Source: Candidatus Sericytochromatia bacterium
GTDB lineage: Bacteria > Cyanobacteriota > Sericytochromatia > UBA7694 > JACMQJ01
DNA: 64,000 nucleotides
Direction of reading: 5' to 3'
NCBI GenBank assembly: GCA_026004035.1
Contig: BPII01000001.1
Coordinates: 312 to 64,311, forward strand
The notes beneath the pieces are model-generated. The model did no database searches and was not told where the DNA came from. It was given only the letters and a program-made list of their open reading frames with translations. Position numbers and translations under genes: made by a program. The stretch's first letter is position 1. The number at the start of each line of letters is the position of its first letter. Below are positions 59,113-64,000 of the stretch, piece by piece.

Positions 59113-59665
59113 ATATCCTAATTTACCAAATATTTTAACAATATTAAGAATACTTCTTATTCCTTTATTTTGTGTTTTTATTTTTGATTTAAAAAATGTT
59201 GGTATATATAAAAATAGTCATCCTGAAAATTTAACAATAGCAGGTATTATATTTTCAATAGCTGCTATAACTGATTATTTTGATGGATATTTTGCTAGAA
59301 AATGGAATCAAGTAACATCAGCAGGAAAGCTACTTGATCCTTTAGCTGATAAAATACTTACTACATCAGCTTTTATAGGTTTTATAGAATGGGGATTTAT
59401 TCCCGGTTGGACTGTTGTAGTTATTTTAACAAGAGAATTTTTAATAACAGGTATTAGGTCTATAATTGTAGAAGCAGGTGGCAAATCTTCAGGTGCAAGT
59501 ATGCTCGGAAAAATAAAAACATTTCTACAAATGACATCTATAATACTCATATTATTTGAATGGAAAACTTTAGGGGTATATGTTTATTACCTAGCTCTAT
59601 TTTTTACAATTTATTCAGGACTTGATTACTTGTATAAAGCTAGAAAATACTTAAAGTTTAACTGA
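59105..59665 (+). CDS. pgsA: CDP-diacylglycerol--glycerol-3-phosphate 3-phosphatidyltransferase
   Basis: CDP-alcohol phosphatidyltransferase motif DYFDGYFARKWNQVTSAGKLLDPLADK. Overlaps hemF by 8 nt. Confidence 0.88.
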   Translation: MNKYPNLPNILTILRILLIPLFCVFIFDLKNVGIYKNSHPENLTIAGIIFSIAAITDYFDGYFARKWNQVTSAGKLLDPLADKILTTSAFIGFIEWGFIPGWTVVVILTREFLITGIRSIIVEAGGKSSGASMLGKIKTFLQMTSIILILFEWKTLGVYVYYLALFFTIYSGLDYLYKARKYLKFN

Positions 59666-59782
59666 ATTAAACTTAAAAGTTTAAATATCATTAATATATG
59701 AACTTTTAATTATATTAATTGACTTTTAAGCTTATTAAGAATATACTTAACTCTAAAAACTAATTTTATTCTAGGAGGAATA

Positions 59783-61168
59783 ATGAATCACAATGATATC
59801 ATAGATAAAGTAACTTATGAAGTAATGAATATATTAAAAGGAATTAATTTAACTTTATCTTATGATACAAATTTATCAGGTAAAGTTATATCTCTAATTA
59901 TTCCTAATATAGATATAAATTTAAGTCATTTAGAAAAATTTTTAAAAGCTATATCTAAAAATAATACAATAAAAGTTTTTCTTCCAAAATGGTCAAAATA
60001 TTTGGATACAAAAATTTTTTCGGATATAAAAGCAGAAATTATAAATATAGAACATACTAATATTTCTAATTCATCATTAATAAGTGGAAATATTCTTATT
60101 TTAATAGTTAATAATGAAAATTTTTTAAGAAAATTATCAAAGTTAGAAAAGTCAAATGCTTTTTTAAATGCAATAGTCAATGCTTTAGCTAATAATACTG
60201 AGGTATATGTAACAAGTTCATTTGATTACAAAATAAGTGATTATATTAAAAAAGAACTAGAAAAAGTAAAAATAAAAGTAGTTAATAGTAATGATTTAGG
60301 AAAATCTTTTCTTTATCAAACTGATAGTAATATAAAAACTTATCAAAATATTTATAGTGAAAGAAAATATACACAAGATACAGTTAATTGTTATAACTGC
60401 ACTACTTACGATTGTATTAATAAATGTTTGTCAAAAGTTGATGCTATAATAAATTCAGGAGCTGATAGAGTAAGTCCAAATATTCTTGATAAGATACCAT
60501 TAGATATAGCACATTTAATAGATCACACATTACTAAAGCCTGATGCAACTGAAGAACAAATTAGAAAGTTATGTAAAGAAGCATTAGAATTTGGTTTTGC
60601 TTCTGTATGTGTTAATCCTTCTTTTGTCCCCTTAGCACACTCAATTTTAAAAGGTTCTAAAGTAAAAGTTTGTACTGTAATAGGATTTCCTCTTGGTTCT
60701 ACTACAACAGAAACAAAAGTTTTTGAAACAAAACAAGCAATACAAAATGGAGCTGATGAAATAGATATGGTTATAAATGTAGGTGCATTAAAAAGTAAAG
60801 ATTATGATTATGTATATAATGATATAAAGGAAGTTGTTAAAGCTTGTAATGGTAAAATTTTGAAAGTAATATTAGAAACAGCTTTACTAAATGATGAAGA
60901 AAAAATAAAAGCTTGTGAATTATCAGTTAAAGCAGGTGCTGATTTTGTTAAAACTTCCACAGGATTTGGACCAGGTGGTGCCACTGAAGAAGATGTAAGA
61001 TTAATGAGATACATTGTTGGGAAAGATTTAGGAGTAAAAGCATCAGGAGGTATAAGGGATACTATAACAACACTAAAAATGTTAAAAGCAGGTGCTAATA
61101 GAATAGGTGCAAGTGCAAGTGTAGCTATTGTAAAAAATCAAGCAGGAGATAAAAAATCTAACTATTAA
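59783..61168 (+). CDS. deoC: Deoxyribose-phosphate aldolase with an unassigned N-terminal extension of about 230 residues
   Basis: C-terminal 225 aa: [50 protein letters not shown] (Schiff-base Lys). The N-terminal half has no recognised motif apart from [19 protein letters not shown] ribosome-binding site. Confidence 0.85.
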   Translation: MNHNDIIDKVTYEVMNILKGINLTLSYDTNLSGKVISLIIPNIDINLSHLEKFLKAISKNNTIKVFLPKWSKYLDTKIFSDIKAEIINIEHTNISNSSLISGNILILIVNNENFLRKLSKLEKSNAFLNAIVNALANNTEVYVTSSFDYKISDYIKKELEKVKIKVVNSNDLGKSFLYQTDSNIKTYQNIYSERKYTQDTVNCYNCTTYDCINKCLSKVDAIINSGADRVSPNILDKIPLDIAHLIDHTLLKPDATEEQIRKLCKEALEFGFASVCVNPSFVPLAHSILKGSKVKVCTVIGFPLGSTTTETKVFETKQAIQNGADEIDMVINVGALKSKDYDYVYNDIKEVVKACNGKILKVILETALLNDEEKIKACELSVKAGADFVKTSTGFGPGGATEEDVRLMRYIVGKDLGVKASGGIRDTITTLKMLKAGANRIGASASVAIVKNQAGDKKSNY

Positions 61169-61169
61169 A

Positions 61170-61937
61170 ATGAAACTATTTTATAGGAAAATAGGTGAAG
61201 GAACACCAATAATTATTTTACATGGACTATTTGGTTCAGGTGATAATTGGCTTACATTTTCAAAAAAACTTTCATCTTCTTATACTATATATCTACCTGA
61301 TTTAAGAAATCATGGAAATTCTCCACACGACTATGTTCATGATTATCCTTCTATGGTTAATGATTTATTTGAGTTTGTAGAAGAAAATAAAATTTTAAAT
61401 CCTATTTTAATAGGACATTCAATGGGTGGTAAAGTAGCTATGAGATACTCAATAAATAATCCTGAACTTGTTAAAAAACTTATTGTTGTAGATATTGCCC
61501 CAAGAGTATATAAATTAAGAACAAAACATATATTAGATGCTTTAATTTCAATAGATTTGAGTAAAATAAAAAGTAGATTAGAAGCTGAAAAAATTCTTGA
61601 AGAAAAAATAAAAAGTAGAGATATAAGATTATTTATATTAAAAAACTTAGTTCGTAAAGAAGATATGACTTTTTCATGGAGATTAAATTTGGAAGTTTTA
61701 AGAGATAATCTTGAAATAATAGGTGGAAATTTTAGTGATAAAGAAAGATTTGAAAAAGAAACTCTTTTTTTTAAAGGTGAAAAATCTAACTATATACAAG
61801 AAGATGATTATAAATTGATATATAAAATTTTTCCTAATTCAAAAATAATAACCGTACCCAATGCTGGACATTGGGTACAAAATAATAATTTAGAATTTTT
61901 ATATGAGAAAACGAAAGAGTTTTTAGGAAATGAGTAA
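61170..61937 (+). CDS. Alpha/beta hydrolase (YbfF-like esterase)
   Basis: ILHGLFGSGDNW, nucleophile elbow GHSMGG, C-terminal GHW. Confidence 0.8.
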   Translation: MKLFYRKIGEGTPIIILHGLFGSGDNWLTFSKKLSSSYTIYLPDLRNHGNSPHDYVHDYPSMVNDLFEFVEENKILNPILIGHSMGGKVAMRYSINNPELVKKLIVVDIAPRVYKLRTKHILDALISIDLSKIKSRLEAEKILEEKIKSRDIRLFILKNLVRKEDMTFSWRLNLEVLRDNLEIIGGNFSDKERFEKETLFFKGEKSNYIQEDDYKLIYKIFPNSKIITVPNAGHWVQNNNLEFLYEKTKEFLGNE

Positions 61938-62862
61938 TATAGATTTAAATCTAATAGGTATTTTTCTTTTATTATTAGTAAGTATAACAATATTTATAAT
62001 GTCTTTTGCTAAACCAAAGCAAAAAGCTGATATAACTTCAAGATTAGATAAAATAAAAAAAGAATACGATAGTCAAAAGTTATCTAATATAAAATCTGGA
62101 AAAGATGCTATTAAATTAGAATTTGAGGAATTTACAAAAAGAATAAGTCCAATAGCAAGTAAAACTTTAAATAAAAGATTAGAAGAAGTATATAGAAAAA
62201 AATTAGACCAAGCAGGAAAATATGACGTTTCTGTAATAAAATTTGTATCTATAAGACTTATATCAGCAATATTATTTCCTTTAGTTTTTATTATTTTTAA
62301 CATATTATTTTTTGATTTAGATTTTATAACCTCTTTAACAATGTTTTCTATAGTAGCTATAATAGGTTATTTTTATCCACTTGTTAAACTAAATACAATG
62401 ATAGAAGAAAGAAAAAAAGAAATATTTAAATCTTTACCTGATACTTTAGATTTACTTACCGTTTGTTTAGAAGCTGGTATGGGAATAAATGAAGCACTTG
62501 TAAAAGTTGTTGATAAATCAAGACCAAGTGCATTAAGAGATGAAATATCAAGAACTTTACAAGAAATACAGATAGGTAATCCTAGACTTCAAGCATTAAA
62601 AGACTTAGCTAAAAGAATAGAGTTAAAAGAATTAACATCTGTAATAATAGCTATTATTCAAGCTGAAAAAATGGGTAATAGTCTTTCAAGAACTTTGAAA
62701 ATACAAAGTGAAATAATAAGAGAAATAAGATGGCAAAAAGCACAAGAACAAGCACAAAAAGCTCCAGTTAAAATTATAATCCCAGTTGCTTTATTTATAT
62801 TTCCTACTATATTTATGGTAATATTTGGCCCATTAGTAATAAACTATTTAGTAGGTAATTAA
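61930..62862 (+). CDS. Type II secretion system F-domain protein (TadB/TadC-like Flp pilus assembly platform)
   Basis: N-terminal TM, LPDTLDLLTVCLEAGMGINEAL (T2SSF domain) and a C-terminal TM pair. Overlaps the hydrolase gene by 8 nt. Confidence 0.75.
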   Translation: MSNIDLNLIGIFLLLLVSITIFIMSFAKPKQKADITSRLDKIKKEYDSQKLSNIKSGKDAIKLEFEEFTKRISPIASKTLNKRLEEVYRKKLDQAGKYDVSVIKFVSIRLISAILFPLVFIIFNILFFDLDFITSLTMFSIVAIIGYFYPLVKLNTMIEERKKEIFKSLPDTLDLLTVCLEAGMGINEALVKVVDKSRPSALRDEISRTLQEIQIGNPRLQALKDLAKRIELKELTSVIIAIIQAEKMGNSLSRTLKIQSEIIREIRWQKAQEQAQKAPVKIIIPVALFIFPTIFMVIFGPLVINYLVGN

Positions 62863-62871
62863 TTCTTTTTT

Positions 62872-64000
62872 ATGCTCTCAGATGAAAATAAAATTACTTA
62901 TTTTATAAGTTTATTATGGCTACTATTCGTATTTACTTTTTTATTATTAATATTTGTTATTTATAATCTAGAAACATTATTTTCAGAAGAAAGCTTTTTT
63001 GAAATATTAAAAATATTTAGTGTTTTTATAGTATTATTTTTCTTTATATTTAAAGCTCATGAAAATTCAGCAATATATCTTGAAAAAAAAGGTAAGATAA
63101 ATAAAGCTTTATTTCATTATAGAGTATGTTATTTTTTCTTTCCTTTTTCATTAAGATATAAATATAATATTGGATTTTTTTATTTAAAAAATAAAAAATT
63201 AGAAAAAGCAGAAAAAATTTTAAAAAAATTAGAAAAATTAGTTCCAGATGATATTGATATATTAAATAATTTAGGCTTTTTATATTTATATAAAAATGAA
63301 TTTGAAAAATCTTATGACTATTTTTTAAAATCAAATTATTTAAAAAGAGGAAAACCATTTGATTTTGGTAGAATTCAAAGAGAAGTAAATTTTATAAATA
63401 TTACAAAAATAAAACATGATATGCAACAATTAGCTTTTCTAGTAAAAAATAAAATTTTAAATGATAGTTTTCTAAATATTTGTGAGGAATATAAGGAAAT
63501 TTTAGAACAAAATTCAAATGAACAAATAATAAATATTCCAAAAGAAAAATATAGTTTTATAAAGACATATTATGGTAGAAACATGTATGTTTATGATAAA
63601 GAATTACCTTTAAAACTTTTAAATAATATTGAAATAAAAAATTTTGATAAATACTTAATTATAGATAATTTTCTAACTAATGAAGCTCTAAATTATATAT
63701 ATAACTATTGTTTGTTTTCTACTATATGGAATGGTGATTTAAAAACAGGTAAATATTTATGTTCATATATAGATGATGGATTAAACCATACTAAATTTAT
63801 ATTCAATTTAGTAAGAGAGTTACAAAATTTTAAAGTTTTTAGAGAGTTAAAATTAATATATGCATGGGCATATAAATATGACTTTAATTCGGAAGGAATA
63901 CCTATACATTCAGATAAAGCAAAAATTAATATTAATTTTTGGATAACACCTCAAAACTCAAACAATAATCAAAATAATAGTGGATTGATAATATATGATA
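62872..64000 (+). CDS. Membrane-anchored TPR protein with a C-terminal HxD-containing (2OG-oxygenase-like) region; 3' end lies outside the window
   Basis: Not in the ORF track because it has no stop. I translated frame 1 by hand from the ATG at 62872 and it stays open to base 64000. N-terminal TMs, TPR-like NLGFLYLYKNEFEKSYDYF, later GIPIHSDKAKININFWITP. Confidence 0.6.
   Translation, partial: MLSDENKITYFISLLWLLFVFTFLLLIFVIYNLETLFSEESFFEILKIFSVFIVLFFFIFKAHENSAIYLEKKGKINKALFHYRVCYFFFPFSLRYKYNIGFFYLKNKKLEKAEKILKKLEKLVPDDIDILNNLGFLYLYKNEFEKSYDYFLKSNYLKRGKPFDFGRIQREVNFINITKIKHDMQQLAFLVKNKILNDSFLNICEEYKEILEQNSNEQIINIPKEKYSFIKTYYGRNMYVYDKELPLKLLNNIEIKNFDKYLIIDNFLTNEALNYIYNYCLFSTIWNGDLKTGKYLCSYIDDGLNHTKFIFNLVRELQNFKVFRELKLIYAWAYKYDFNSEGIPIHSDKAKININFWITPQNSNNNQNNSGLIIYD

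Noticed and set aside
63050-63358. Minus-strand 102-aa ORF
   Set aside because: It is antisense to a plus-strand frame that I translated by hand as open from 62872 to the window end with coherent TM/TPR content. The minus ORF is Leu/Phe/Ile-rich noise.

Overview
Very AT-rich bacterial chromosomal window (about a quarter to a third G+C by eye). It is densely coding on both strands: about 56 protein genes and 3 tRNAs. I found no rRNA, CRISPR array, transposase, integrase or phage gene. The housekeeping backbone is clear from motifs: flhB, aroK, ftsZ, rimO, cysS, two tandem pilT, rplI-dnaB, thrS, aceE-aceF, hemF, pgsA, deoC. There are also lipid and envelope genes: two HKD phospholipase D genes, a TVP38/DedA-like protein, an MGDG-synthase-like GT28, two GT2 enzymes and an SLH-domain protein. 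The five-glycine FtsZ motif, SLH protein, MGDG-type glycosyltransferase and type IV pilus/Tad/flagellar-type genes suggest a diderm, perhaps a non-photosynthetic cyanobacteria-related lineage (Melainabacteria/Vampirovibrionia-like). That is a weak inference only. Many proteins carry Asn/Lys/Ile-rich low-complexity inserts, and several enzyme homologues look catalytically degenerate (a FadB-like protein, a urocanase-like protein, a Ser/Thr kinase with HRD->HRS and DFG->NFG). The best candidates for something undescribed are: (1) an 8-kb block of seven unassignable ORFs bounded by tRNA-Lys and tRNA-Leu (18.6-26.8 kb), arranged as divergent operons and containing a duplicated helical domain family, a polytopic membrane protein with a basic Pro/Lys tail and an HExxH protein; (2) a tandem paralogue pair (30.86-32.96 kb) with a coiled coil - hydrophobic segment - globular - coiled coil layout, reminiscent of secretion translocators, next to tRNA-Val; (3) a voltage-sensor-domain-only membrane protein with a long cytoplasmic tail (46.7-48.1 kb). 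Other points: a lipoprotein EF-hand phospholipase D broken by two +1 shifts in A-runs, a transglutaminase-core/beta-barrel-like fusion with no signal peptide, an 86-codon remnant of a PLD-helicase defence gene, and a DeoC with a 230-residue N-terminal extension. All calls rest on reading the translations and motifs by eye; no database search was possible.
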